This document shows positions 50,588 to 62,520 of a stretch of DNA of 64,000 nucleotides, piece by piece (position 1 is the first letter of the stretch; every line of letters starts with the position of its first letter). The position numbers and the translations under genes are program-made. Source of the stretch: Gemmatimonadota bacterium (GTDB taxonomy: Bacteria > Gemmatimonadota > Gemmatimonadetes > Palauibacterales > Palauibacteraceae); contig JBDGWG010000003.1 in assembly GCA_039585235.1 (NCBI GenBank), positions 20,461 through 84,460 of the forward strand, read 5' to 3'. The notes under the pieces were generated by a model, which was not told where the DNA came from, did not search any database, and saw nothing but the letters and a program-made list of their open reading frames with translations.

Positions 50588-51702
50588 CCGCGGTCGTGAG
50601 CCGTCCGACAGCGGGGCTGGCGCCGGTCGATGCGGCCGAACTTGCAGAGTGCGCTTCGCTGTATGACCGGCCCTTGCTCGAGCTCGGGGCTATGGCTCGC
50701 GAGCGGGCGCCCAACGCGGCCCCCGGGGGTACCGTTTCTTACATCGTTGACCGGAACATCAATTACACGAACGTCTGCGTCACGGACTGTTCGTTCTGCG
50801 CTTTCTATCGACGACCGGGTCACGAGGAAGGGTACGTTCTGTCGAACGAGCAGATCGGGGCCAAGATCGACGAGGCCAAGGCGATCGGCGCCGTTCAGAT
50901 CCTGATGCAGGGCGGACACAATCCGTATCTGAAGCTCGACTACTACACCGGGCTGCTCGACTACATCAAGACGCATCACCCGATTCACGTACACGGATTC
51001 TCTTCGTCCGAGCTCGATGTCATCGCGAGGGTTCACAAGCTGGACGTGGCCACGGTGATCGATGAGCTCAAAGACGCGGGCCTGGATTCCGTACCGGGGG
51101 CTGGCGCCGAGATACTGGTGGACGACGTCCGGGACCAGATCGCGAAGAAGAAGATCGGAACGGCCCGCTGGCTCGATATCCACAGGACAGTTCACGAGCA
51201 CGGACTGCTGAGCTCCGCGACGATGATGTTCGGGGCGGGAGAGAGTCGGGCGGACAGGGTGGAGCACATGATCCGCGTGCGAGATCTCCAGCGCGAGACG
51301 GGGGGATTCACCGCATTCATTCCGTGGACTCTCCAATCCGACGGTACGGGGATGGAGGGTACACCTGAGCCGACGGCCTCGGAGTACCTGAAGACCATCG
51401 CCATATCCCGGCTCGTCATTCATAACGTGCCGAACCTCCAGGTCAGTTACGTCACCCAGGGGCCCAAGGTAGCGCAGGTGGCCCTGCATTTCGGCTGCAA
51501 CGATTTTGGATCGCTGATGATGGAAGAAAACGTCGTGTCGGCCACGGGCACGGACTTCATCATGCCCCGATCCACGCTGGTGGAGTTCATTGAGGAGGCG
51601 GGTTTCGAGGCCGTGCCCCGATACCAGGACTACTCTCCGGTCAGGCCGGATCTCGACTGGTACTGCGGTTGCCGGGTATGCATGGACAGGAGAGATCCCT
51701 GA
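50584..51702 (+). CDS. Radical-SAM menaquinone (futalosine-pathway) enzyme, MqnC/MqnE family, paralogue 2
   Basis: Motif YIVDRNINYTNVCVTDCSFCAFYR. ATGA overlap with the upstream paralogue. Which of the two is MqnC and which MqnE cannot be decided by eye. Confidence 0.75.
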   Translation: MTAVVSRPTAGLAPVDAAELAECASLYDRPLLELGAMARERAPNAAPGGTVSYIVDRNINYTNVCVTDCSFCAFYRRPGHEEGYVLSNEQIGAKIDEAKAIGAVQILMQGGHNPYLKLDYYTGLLDYIKTHHPIHVHGFSSSELDVIARVHKLDVATVIDELKDAGLDSVPGAGAEILVDDVRDQIAKKKIGTARWLDIHRTVHEHGLLSSATMMFGAGESRADRVEHMIRVRDLQRETGGFTAFIPWTLQSDGTGMEGTPEPTASEYLKTIAISRLVIHNVPNLQVSYVTQGPKVAQVALHFGCNDFGSLMMEENVVSATGTDFIMPRSTLVEFIEEAGFEAVPRYQDYSPVRPDLDWYCGCRVCMDRRDP

Positions 51703-52112
51703 TGAGTCGACGCGTGCTCGTGATAATGGGCTCCGAGTCGGATCGGCCGGTGATGCAAAGCGGGGTGGATGTGCTCGCGGAGGCCGGGGTGGATGTGGAG
51801 GTGGTGGTGAGCAGCGCGCATCGCGATCCCGTACGGACCGCCGAAATAGCATCGGCAGCGGAGTCGAGCGGGTTCTTCGTGGTCGTCTGCGGGGCTGGAC
51901 TGTCTGCGGCGCTCCCAGGAGTGGTCGCCGCTCACACCCGCCTTCCCGTGATTGGCGTGCCGATCTCGGCAGGTACCCTCGGAGGGCTCGACGCCCTCCT
52001 GTCTATCGTCCAGATGCCCCCGGGCGTTCCCGTCGCCACAGTGGGCATCGATAACTCGCGGAACGCGGCTCACCTGGCGCTCCGTCTGCTCGGGGTCGGT
52101 CGCGAGTCCTGA
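51702..52112 (+). CDS. purE: N5-carboxyaminoimidazole ribonucleotide mutase
   Basis: Motifs VLVIMGSESD and class-I SAHR.P, plus GAGLSAALPGVVAA. The start overlaps the upstream stop (TGATG). Confidence 0.88.
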   Translation: MSRRVLVIMGSESDRPVMQSGVDVLAEAGVDVEVVVSSAHRDPVRTAEIASAAESSGFFVVVCGAGLSAALPGVVAAHTRLPVIGVPISAGTLGGLDALLSIVQMPPGVPVATVGIDNSRNAAHLALRLLGVGRES

Positions 52113-52139
52113 CTCTGGCGCCAGCCGATAGGAGACTCT

Positions 52140-52655
52140 GTGCGCGTCGGCATCGGGTATGACTCACACCGTTTCGAGCCCGGGCGGTCTCTCGTCCTGG
52201 GAGGGGTTCGCATCCCTGATCACCCGGGTCTAGAGGGGCATTCCGACGGGGACGCCGTGGCTCATGCGCTGATCGACGCCGCCCTCGGCGCGGCGGCGCT
52301 GGGCAACATCGGTCATCATTTCCCCGACACGGATGTCCGGTGGCAGGGGGCGGACTCGATGGAGCTGCTGGCTGCGACGGTTCGACTCATCGAGGAGCGC
52401 AACTACCAGGTGGTGAACGCGGACATCACGATCGTCACGGAGAGCCCGCGTGTGAGCCCATGGGTTGATCCGATGGCGGAGCGCCTTGCAGAGCGCCTGC
52501 GCATCTCCAGGTCGTGCGTTTCCATCAAGGGGAAGACGAACGAGGGGCTTGGGTGGATCGGCCGGGGAGAGGGACTGGCCGTGATGGTCGTGGTACTGCT
52601 CGACCAGATCGAAGATATCGACACACTGCATGCCTCGATCCGCACGGGCGGGTAG
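52140..52655 (+). CDS. ispF: 2-C-methyl-D-erythritol 2,4-cyclodiphosphate synthase
   Basis: Motifs RVGIGYDSHRF, HSDGDAVAHA and GNIGHHFPDTD. Confidence 0.9.
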   Translation: MRVGIGYDSHRFEPGRSLVLGGVRIPDHPGLEGHSDGDAVAHALIDAALGAAALGNIGHHFPDTDVRWQGADSMELLAATVRLIEERNYQVVNADITIVTESPRVSPWVDPMAERLAERLRISRSCVSIKGKTNEGLGWIGRGEGLAVMVVVLLDQIEDIDTLHASIRTGG

Positions 52656-52664
52656 GGCGCCGAC

Positions 52665-53297
52665 ATGCAGGAGCAGCTGGAGGCCCTCCTTCACCTGGTC
52701 AGTGGCGTACCGGTCGAGACCGTCTACCTGCTCGTAGGTCTGGGTGCTGCCGTCGAAAACCTCTTTCCGCCCGTTCCGTCGGACCTAGTCGTGGTCGCCG
52801 GGGGCATTCTGGCGGATCGGGGAATCCTGGACGTCCGCCTCGTGTTCCTGGTGGCCTGGGCCAGCAACCTGCTGCTCGCTCTCTCCGTGTACGTCGCGGC
52901 TCTTCACTTCGGTGGCGGCATCTTCTCGACGCGCTGGGGTCGCTGGCTACTCAGACCGGCGCAGCTCGAGAGGATGTCGCTGTTCTACGCGGACTTCGGG
53001 ACGCTGACGATCCTGGTGAGCCGTTTCTTCCCCGTGTTCCGGGTGCTCGTTCCAGCCTTCGCGGGGATCAGTCGCCTCGGATTCTGGCGTACCGCGCTCC
53101 CACTGACAATCGCCTCAGCCGTGTGGTACGCGGCTCTCGTGTTCGGAGGGGTCCTCGCCTCCCGCAACATCCCTCGCATCGTCGGCGCCCTTACCGCCGT
53201 CAACACCACGGCGGGTGCGGTGGCTCTGCTGGTTGCCCTGGCCCTGGCGTGGCTGTGGTGGCGTTCCCGCCGGAGCGACGGCGAGGGAGCACCGTAA
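52665..53297 (+). CDS. DedA/TVP38 family membrane protein
   Basis: Motif VENLFPPVPSD together with the DedA TM pattern (LVSRFFPVFRVLVPAFAG). Confidence 0.8.
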   Translation: MQEQLEALLHLVSGVPVETVYLLVGLGAAVENLFPPVPSDLVVVAGGILADRGILDVRLVFLVAWASNLLLALSVYVAALHFGGGIFSTRWGRWLLRPAQLERMSLFYADFGTLTILVSRFFPVFRVLVPAFAGISRLGFWRTALPLTIASAVWYAALVFGGVLASRNIPRIVGALTAVNTTAGAVALLVALALAWLWWRSRRSDGEGAP

Positions 53298-54250
53298 TGG
53301 GAGGTCGTGGGGGAGAGCGTTCACGCGCCGCGAAGCCGGATGACGTGAGGCGTAGCTTCCGCCTCGAGGAGTTCTCGGATTTCCTCCGCTACGAAAGGGG
53401 CCTCGCTCCCCGCACGGTAGAGGCATATCTGGGAGACTGTGCGGCGCTCGCGAATTTCGCGACCGCGCGCGGGCTGACGGACCCAGGCACCGTCGATTAC
53501 CAGGCGTTGAGGGCGTATCTGGTCGATCTCGCCGGGCAGGGGTTGTCGGCTCGCAGCGTGGCCCGGCGCCGGTCGGCCCTGCGCACGTACTTTGGTTTTC
53601 TGGTCGAGGAGGGTCACCTGTCGCATGATCCCACGGAGAAGCTCGAGAGTCCCCGGCTCGACAAGACTCTTCCAAGTGTGCTGACCTATGCGGAAATCGA
53701 GTCGATCTTGGACACGGTCGGATCTCTGGCTCCGGATGCCCACCCCAACGCCACGCGCGACGCGGCCATGCTCGAGACCCTATACGGGGCAGGCCTGCGG
53801 ATCTCGGAACTCATAGGCCTGCGGATGCGGGACCTGTCTCTGGAGGAAGGTCTGATCGCGGTGCAGGGAAAGGGAGACAAGCGACGTCTGGTGCCGCTCG
53901 GAGGTCGTGCGGTCCGGGTGCTACAGCTATACCTTCGAGAGCGACGGCCGGAGCTCGACCGGCGCCGGTCGGAGGGGATGGTCTTCCTCAATCAGCACGG
54001 GCGTCCGCTGAGCCGCATGGGTGCCTGGAAGATCGTCGGGAAGCACGTGCGCAATGCCGGGGTCGAGAAGAAGGTCACTCCGCATACGTTCCGGCACAGT
54101 TTTGCGACGCATCTACTGGAAGGGGGCGCGGATCTGGTTGCCGTGCAGGAGATGTTGGGGCACGCGGACATATCTACGACCCAGATCTATACGCATGTGG
54201 ACCGCCGATACCTTCAAGAAGAGCATCGCCAGCACCATCCGCGGGGGTAG
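53297..54250 (+). CDS. xerD: Tyrosine recombinase XerD/XerC
   Basis: Motifs LERGLAPRTVEAY, RD..MLE.LYGAGLRISEL, HTFRHSFATHLLEGGADL..VQEMLGHADISTTQIYTHV. Start TAATG overlaps the dedA stop. Confidence 0.88.
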   Translation: MGGRGGERSRAAKPDDVRRSFRLEEFSDFLRYERGLAPRTVEAYLGDCAALANFATARGLTDPGTVDYQALRAYLVDLAGQGLSARSVARRRSALRTYFGFLVEEGHLSHDPTEKLESPRLDKTLPSVLTYAEIESILDTVGSLAPDAHPNATRDAAMLETLYGAGLRISELIGLRMRDLSLEEGLIAVQGKGDKRRLVPLGGRAVRVLQLYLRERRPELDRRRSEGMVFLNQHGRPLSRMGAWKIVGKHVRNAGVEKKVTPHTFRHSFATHLLEGGADLVAVQEMLGHADISTTQIYTHVDRRYLQEEHRQHHPRG

Positions 54251-54256
54251 CGCCGG

Positions 54257-54805
54257 GTGAGCGCCGTCTCTCGCGTACTCAACCTGTCGCGCAATCGGCA
54301 AGCCGTGAGGCGGTTCGCCGATCGCATGATCCCGCCCGAGATTCTGGCTCGGATTCTGGAATGTGCCCGGTACGCTCCGTCGGCGCGTGAGGACCAGCCC
54401 TGGCGCTTCATCGTGGTTCAGGATGCGCTCACCCGTCACCGGATCGCGCGAGCCGTGTTCCAGGGCGAGCTCATACGGACAGCTCCGGCGCTTGTCATCG
54501 GATGCGCGCGAGTCCACTCCAACATCGCGGGCAGCGGCCGCCCCAGCCATCCGGTCGACCTGGCCGCGGCCACGGAAGCGATGGTCCTGGCGGCTGCGGA
54601 CATGAGCCTTGCGACTGCGTGGGTCACCGGGTTCAGGGAAGGCGAGATCCGGGATGCGCTGGCCATTCCCGCCGACGTTCCCGTGGTCACGCTTCTGGCC
54701 CTGGGGTACCCCGACGGCTTCCAGCGTCTGCCGCAACGCCGGCCCGACGAGGAGATCATCGCGTGGGATGGCTGGGGCGCGACGGGGGGGCGACAGGAGC
54801 GGTGA
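54257..54805 (+). CDS. Nitroreductase-family protein
   Basis: Motif RRF...IPPEILARILECARYAPSA..DQPWRF and 182 aa, consistent with the nitroreductase fold. Confidence 0.72.
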   Translation: MSAVSRVLNLSRNRQAVRRFADRMIPPEILARILECARYAPSAREDQPWRFIVVQDALTRHRIARAVFQGELIRTAPALVIGCARVHSNIAGSGRPSHPVDLAAATEAMVLAAADMSLATAWVTGFREGEIRDALAIPADVPVVTLLALGYPDGFQRLPQRRPDEEIIAWDGWGATGGRQER

Positions 54806-54807
54806 GG

Positions 54808-56298
54808 ATGCGGGGTGCGCCGGCTCGCGGTCGTCGTCGGACGATCCTGCTTCTATGTCTGGTCGCCGGCTTGGTGGCTCCGTCTGTGCGGGCCCAGGAG
54901 GTCGCCTTTCATCCACGCCGTGGGAACGCGCTCGACGCGAGACTCGCGGACTTCCTCGCCCGGGGCGATGTGCAAGTGTGGACCCGGGATACGGTCGTGT
55001 CCTCCGATGGGCGCGTGGCGGGCGACGTTCTCGTGCTCGAGGCGCAAGTGCGCCTGGCCGGCTCGGTCGACGGAGATATCTACGTCGTGGACGGCGATCT
55101 CCTCATCAGGCCGGGTGCCCGCGTCTCGGGAGACATCGTCGTGCTTGGGGGGGGCTACTTCGGGTCCGGCATGTCCGAGATTGCCGGAGATGTCACCTGG
55201 CGTCCTGCGGATCGTTATTCGGTTCTGCCGGCGGACGCCGGCCTCGAGATTCATCCGGTTGCGGACGTTCCGGATGTCGTTGACTTGCACGGGTTGTACG
55301 GCTTCGAGGCACCGATCTACGAGCGCGTGGATGCCGTGACCGCTGTGTGGGGAATCACGCTGCGTGCGGCTACGTGGGCCTGGAGACCCACGCTCGAGCT
55401 GGTGGGGAGGTACCGCTCCGGACAGGGAGAGTTCGAGGGTACGGTGCGGCAGTTCTGGTATCCAGGTCCGGTCGAATTCGGGATCGAAGCCGAGCGCGTC
55501 GTGCGCACGAACGAGCGATGGATCCGCGCCGGTGTATCGAACTCGCTCTCTTACCTGTTTCTCGGCGACGATTTCAGAAACTACTACGGAGCCGACCGGG
55601 TTGCGCTCGTAGTGCGGGGAAGTGGGGACCGCTGGTGGACACCCCTCTTCCGGCTGGAATGGGAGGACGCTTGGAGCCGGAACGCGGGTGATCACTTCAC
55701 GTTCTTCGGGTCGGATACGGTGCGCGAGAACCCGACCATAGACGACGGTGAGACAGGCAGCGCAGCTCTGGCGGTCTCGGTGGACCGCCAGACAGGCGAT
55801 GCGGGGCGGCTCGTCGGTCAGGTCCTCCTGGAGGCGGCGGACTCCACGGTGGCCGGGGACTTTTCCTACCTACTCGGGGAGGTCACGGCGCGATGGACCA
55901 CTCCGGGCTTCGCGTCCCACGAACTGGACATCGTCGCACTGGCCAGAGGTGACCTGGCCGGAGACCTGCCAGGGCAGAGGTGGACCGGATTCGGGGGCCG
56001 AGCGACCCTTCCGACGCTCGGCGTGATGGGGGTCAGAGGGCCTCGCGTGGTGTACGGCCAGGTCGGCTATTCAATTCCCATCGAAGCCCTGCGCGCCGGT
56101 GAGCTGGGAGCCGTCGACGTGTTCGCCCGGGCCGGTACTGGAGCGGCCTGGGATGACGGCCAATCGGCCGACTGGCAGGTGAATCTGATCGCGGGCCTCC
56201 GGTTCTGGGTCCTCGAGGGAGGTGTCGCGGTGGATCCGGGCGCCAGTGGTGGAGACGTTCGAGGTTATGCGATCTTCAGGTTTCCCGGGGATCTCTGA
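54808..56298 (+). CDS. Secreted hypothetical protein: N-terminal DUF4097/bactofilin-like beta-helix repeats plus a C-terminal putative beta-barrel domain
   Basis: Signal peptide ILLLCLVAGLVAPSVRAQE. Repeats GDVLVLEAQVRLAGSVDGDIYVVDGDLLIRPGARVSGDIVVLGG. C-terminal half is rich in W/Y/F/G with alternating hydrophobic residues. It contains a G8 homopolymer. Confidence 0.55.
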   Translation: MRGAPARGRRRTILLLCLVAGLVAPSVRAQEVAFHPRRGNALDARLADFLARGDVQVWTRDTVVSSDGRVAGDVLVLEAQVRLAGSVDGDIYVVDGDLLIRPGARVSGDIVVLGGGYFGSGMSEIAGDVTWRPADRYSVLPADAGLEIHPVADVPDVVDLHGLYGFEAPIYERVDAVTAVWGITLRAATWAWRPTLELVGRYRSGQGEFEGTVRQFWYPGPVEFGIEAERVVRTNERWIRAGVSNSLSYLFLGDDFRNYYGADRVALVVRGSGDRWWTPLFRLEWEDAWSRNAGDHFTFFGSDTVRENPTIDDGETGSAALAVSVDRQTGDAGRLVGQVLLEAADSTVAGDFSYLLGEVTARWTTPGFASHELDIVALARGDLAGDLPGQRWTGFGGRATLPTLGVMGVRGPRVVYGQVGYSIPIEALRAGELGAVDVFARAGTGAAWDDGQSADWQVNLIAGLRFWVLEGGVAVDPGASGGDVRGYAIFRFPGDL

Positions 56299-56496
56299 TC
56301 GTGCGCCCTTTGACATCGCGTTCCGGAACGGATTACGTTACGGAGCGTGAAGTTAGCGCCATCACGCATTCGATTCCGACCTCCTGAGGTCGCTGTGCCT
56401 TCCGGCGAAGACCGTGCGTCGGCGTCCCTTCCGCAGCCATTCTTCAGCTATCAGAACCGTGGCCCGCAGGGCACCGTGATACGGAATTGAAAGTGA

Positions 56497-59002
<2,506 letters not shown>

Positions 59003-59006
<4 letters not shown>

Positions 59007-59578
59007 GCTCAATTCCCGGGGGGCTGGCCCTCGAGGTGCGAGTCGTCCTGCTCGATGCAGACGGCGTGATGACAGACGGGGGATTGTACGCTTTCGAGGG
59101 AGAAGGCGGCACCGTCGAAGGGCGTCGCTTCCACGTGCACGACGGGCTCGCGATCCACATGTTGCGGCGGGCCGGTCTCGAGGTAGCGGTCGTTTCCAGC
59201 AAGATCTCGGCGCCGGTGAGGCTACGGGCGGAGTCCCTCGGGATCACCGAAATCCACCAGGTCTCGCCATTCGGCAAGCTCGAGGCCGTAGCGCACATAC
59301 TCCGCCGTGCAGGGGCGACGTGGGACCAGGCCGCCTTCCTGGCCGACGATCTGGCGGATCTTCCGGTGCTGCGGGAGGTAGGCCTACCGGCAGCCGTGGC
59401 GAACGCCGTGCCCGAGGTCAAGGAGGCAGCGACCTGGGTCGGCGACGCTTCCGGGGGCGCGGGCGCGGTCCGGGAGTTCGTCGAGGCTCTCCTCGGAGCG
59501 CGAGGCGAATGGGCGTCGCTCGTCGAGGAATACGTTACGGAGTGTGTCGAGCACTGGAGGTCGAAAGAGAGTGGGTGA
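59003..59578 (+). CDS. kdsC: 3-deoxy-D-manno-octulosonate 8-phosphate phosphatase (HAD superfamily)
   Basis: HAD motif I, LLDADGVMTDG. Located between kdsA and kdsD. Confidence 0.8.
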
Positions 59579-60566
59579 CGCCAGCGTCGACCCGGCGCGC
59601 GAGTCGAGGATCATCGAACGGGGCCGGGAAGTGCTGAGGATCGAGAGCGAGAGCGTGGCCTCACTGGCGGATCGCCTGGGGGCCACGTTCGCCGAAGCGG
59701 TCGGATTGATCGAGGCGATCTCGGGTCGCATCGTGGTTACGGGCATCGGCAAGTCGGGAATCGTCGCCCGAAAGCTCGCTTCGACCTTCTCATCGACAGG
59801 AACGCCGGCGATCTTCCTACACCCGGTGGAAGCGGCTCACGGCGATGTCGGCATGCTGGTGCGAGGAGACCTCGTGCTCGCCATCTCGAAGAGCGGCGAG
59901 TCCTCCGAGATGGAGAGCCTGCTGCCGGTTATCGAGCGTCTGGGTGTTCCCGTGATCTGTCTGACAGCGGAGCCCACATCGACTCTCGCGCGGCGGGCGG
60001 ACCTCGTACTGGACGTCAGCGTACAGATTGAGGCGTGTCCGCACGACCTGGCGCCCACGGCCAGCAGCACGGCGGCTCTCGCCATGGGAGATGCCCTGGC
60101 GATGGCTGTCTCCGAGGTGCGGGGCTTCGGGCCGGACGACTTCGCCCGCCTGCATCCGGGGGGAGAGCTCGGACGGCGTCTAACGTGGACTGTCCTCGAC
60201 GTGATGATCACCGATCAGCAGCGAGTGCCGCGGCTCACTCTCGACGGCGATCTCGGAGCCGCGATGCACGAGATCGCTCACAGACAGGGGACGGTGCCCG
60301 TACTCGACTCCGATTCGTGCGTGGTCGGGGTCATCACGGCAGGGGATCTGACGCGCTATGCCGACGAGCATCCAGACTTCCTGGCGCACACCGTCGATCG
60401 TGCCATGAACCGGGCGCCGAAGACGATCGGGCCGGGCGAGATGGCTACGGAGGCCCTGGTGCGGATGCAGGAACATGGAATCATGGCGATGCCGGTGGTA
60501 GACGGAGAGAACAGGCTGATGGGTATGGTCCACCTGCACGATCTCTTGCGGGCGAGGCTCGCGTGA
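59571..60566 (+). CDS. kdsD: Arabinose-5-phosphate isomerase (SIS plus tandem CBS domains)
   Basis: SIS-domain motifs GRIVVTGIGKSG and LAISKSGES. Two C-terminal CBS domains. GTGA overlap with the kdsC stop. Confidence 0.88.
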   Translation: MGDASVDPARESRIIERGREVLRIESESVASLADRLGATFAEAVGLIEAISGRIVVTGIGKSGIVARKLASTFSSTGTPAIFLHPVEAAHGDVGMLVRGDLVLAISKSGESSEMESLLPVIERLGVPVICLTAEPTSTLARRADLVLDVSVQIEACPHDLAPTASSTAALAMGDALAMAVSEVRGFGPDDFARLHPGGELGRRLTWTVLDVMITDQQRVPRLTLDGDLGAAMHEIAHRQGTVPVLDSDSCVVGVITAGDLTRYADEHPDFLAHTVDRAMNRAPKTIGPGEMATEALVRMQEHGIMAMPVVDGENRLMGMVHLHDLLRARLA

Positions 60567-61150
60567 GCATACATCGGATCCACACCGTCGGTCACCCGGC
60601 AGGCGTCGCCCTTATCTGCGCGCTCGTGGCGCTGGGCTGCGAAGAAGAAAGCCAAAGACCGCTGGCGTCCGATACGCTTCTGGCACGCGAGGCCGACCAA
60701 GTGCTTGTTGGCGTGGAGATGAACCTGACTCGGGCCGGCGTTCGCAGCGCCCTTCTGGCAGCCGACACGGCGTTCAGCTTCCAGGACGCGGGCCTGCTCC
60801 AGTTGCGTAACCTGAAGATCACGTTCTACGGCGACACGGGACTTGAGGATGGAACGCTTACCGGTCGATCGGGCGAATACCGATTCGAAACGGGCGACGT
60901 GGAGGTAAAGGGCGCGGTCGAGGTCAAAGAGGCTGCCGGATCCAAGCGTCTCGTGACGCAGCGGCTACGCTATGACGCGGAAGCGGACTCGTTGTACGGA
61001 GACACCACCTTCGTGCTCTACCGGCCCGGTCTCCAGAGCAGGGGAGACAGCTTTGTCAGCGACGCGCAGCTGGAGAACGTTCAGATACTGAACCCGAGTT
61101 TTGTGTCGGAGGGGGATCCGGCTGCGGCTCGGAAGCCGCTGCCTGAATGA
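60563..61150 (+). CDS. lptC: LptC-like LPS export protein (lipoprotein-type)
   Basis: N-terminal signal/lipobox ALVALGC-EEE. Beta-rich OstA-like body. Position between kdsD and lptA. GTGA overlap with the kdsD stop. Confidence 0.62.
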   Translation: MSIHRIHTVGHPAGVALICALVALGCEEESQRPLASDTLLAREADQVLVGVEMNLTRAGVRSALLAADTAFSFQDAGLLQLRNLKITFYGDTGLEDGTLTGRSGEYRFETGDVEVKGAVEVKEAAGSKRLVTQRLRYDAEADSLYGDTTFVLYRPGLQSRGDSFVSDAQLENVQILNPSFVSEGDPAAARKPLPE

Positions 61151-62520
61151 TCACGCGCGTCGATCCGGGCACCGCCTTGCGACAGGCATCGGTGGTGCAC
61201 CTGGTCGGACTTGCGCTCGCGCACGTAGCGGTGCTGGCAGGCCCCCGCGCCGCCACGGCGCAGGACTCCCCGAGCTGTCAGCTGCGGGTCAGGGTCGTAG
61301 CGGAGGCCGGCTCGCGCGATCAGCCCAGAAGCAACATGCTGGCGATTCCTGGGGCGGAGGGGCGCTACGCCATGCACCTGGGCGGGGGACTGGTGCTCGG
61401 ACGGTGTGGCGACGCCTCGATGACAGGTGACAGCGCCGTTCACCTGGAACACATCGCCGAGGCCCTCATGATCGGCTCTGTACGATACCGGGACACCACG
61501 CGTGTTCTGGACGCGGAGCGCGTAACCTATTACGGCATGTGGGATCGAGTCGTATCCGAGGGCGATGTCCGGTTGGAACGGCTGGGGTCCGGCGCCACGC
61601 TGGAGGGGCCGCGGGTGGAATTCCTGCGGACTCCGTTCCGCGGAAGCCGCACCGTGGCCACGGGCCGTCCCCATATGACTCTGCCGACCGGAGGGCCCGC
61701 GACCGAGCCCTTCCTGGTCGATTCGGACGAGGCGGAGTTCCTGGGAGAAGAACGAGCGTTCGCGCGCGGCAACGTGGAGATTCACCGGTCGGACCTCGAT
61801 GCGACGGCGGATAGCGCTCGCTTCGATGCGGGAGGGCTTGGTGTGCTGTATGGGCGTCCGATCATTCGAGGCGAGGGATTCGAGCTGACGGGAGACAGCG
61901 TGCTGGCGCGGTTCTCGGAAGACGAGCTTCGAGAGGTAAGGTCGTTCGGGAATGCCGCGGCCACCGGCGAGGATTTCGAGTTGCAGGCGGACCTCGTGAC
62001 GGCCGAGATCACGGGGGGAGAAGTCGAACGCCTGTGGGCCTTTGGTGAAGGTCGCTCGATCGCCGTTTCGGGCAGTTTCCAATTGTCGGGTGACTCGATC
62101 GAGTTTTCCCTGACGGCGGGTCGGTTGGATTCGATTGCCTCGGTAGGGTCGGCCGCTTCGGTCGAGACGGAACCGTACGTCCCGGGAGCACCGCTGATCG
62201 AGGCGGTTCGGGATCTGGACCCTGGATCGAATTGGCTGACGGGCGACACGATCCGTGCCTTCTTCTCCGCCTCGTCGATCGACTCGCTCGGAGCGCCCTC
62301 GGAAGCTGCCCCGACTCCTGAGCGTTTGCGCGCTCTTGGCAACGCCCGATCGTTCTACGCCTCCGTGAGAGATTCTGCGCGGTCCGAGTCCCCGTCAAGG
62401 AACTACCTCCTCGGCAACAACATCGAAGTTCTGTTCCGTGACGGGGAGCCATCTGAGGTGGTCGCGAAGGACGCCATAGGCATCTACCTCGAGCCCTCAA
62501 CCGAAGGAGGCGGTGGGTGA
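61147..62520 (+). CDS. lptA: Elongated LptA/OstA-family periplasmic LPS transport protein (457 aa, multiple OstA-like repeats)
   Basis: Signal-peptide-like N-terminus. Repeated ~60-80-aa units with patterns such as GDSVLARF...VRSFGNA...LTA. Located immediately upstream of lptB. ATGA overlap with lptC. Confidence 0.62.
   Translation: MITRVDPGTALRQASVVHLVGLALAHVAVLAGPRAATAQDSPSCQLRVRVVAEAGSRDQPRSNMLAIPGAEGRYAMHLGGGLVLGRCGDASMTGDSAVHLEHIAEALMIGSVRYRDTTRVLDAERVTYYGMWDRVVSEGDVRLERLGSGATLEGPRVEFLRTPFRGSRTVATGRPHMTLPTGGPATEPFLVDSDEAEFLGEERAFARGNVEIHRSDLDATADSARFDAGGLGVLYGRPIIRGEGFELTGDSVLARFSEDELREVRSFGNAAATGEDFELQADLVTAEITGGEVERLWAFGEGRSIAVSGSFQLSGDSIEFSLTAGRLDSIASVGSAASVETEPYVPGAPLIEAVRDLDPGSNWLTGDTIRAFFSASSIDSLGAPSEAAPTPERLRALGNARSFYASVRDSARSESPSRNYLLGNNIEVLFRDGEPSEVVAKDAIGIYLEPSTEGGGG

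Noticed and set aside
50167-51852. 561-aa minus-strand ORF across the two Mqn radical-SAM genes and purE
   Set aside because: Antisense artefact of high-GC coding sequence. No motifs; Arg/Pro-rich.
52514-53296. N-terminal 260-aa extension of the XerD ORF in the six-frame track, overlapping dedA in another frame
   Set aside because: The extension has an Arg/Gly-rich non-protein-like composition. The true xerD start is the ATG at 53297, right after the dedA stop. Similar spurious 5' extensions were trimmed for comF, gap, pgk, moaE, moaA, nuoF, arcC, sucC, plsX, fabD, mqn-1, lptC and the beta-helix protein.
53297-54250. Tyrosine recombinase as a possible integrase marking a mobile element
   Set aside because: The sequence has the housekeeping XerD hallmarks, and there is no adjacent tRNA, direct repeats or phage/plasmid genes. 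It is interpreted as the chromosomal dimer-resolution recombinase.
56350-56380. tRNA-like T-loop motif (ttcgattcc) in the pyrG upstream region
   Set aside because: Flanking bases do not form a T-stem and no acceptor or anticodon arms can be drawn. Not a tRNA.
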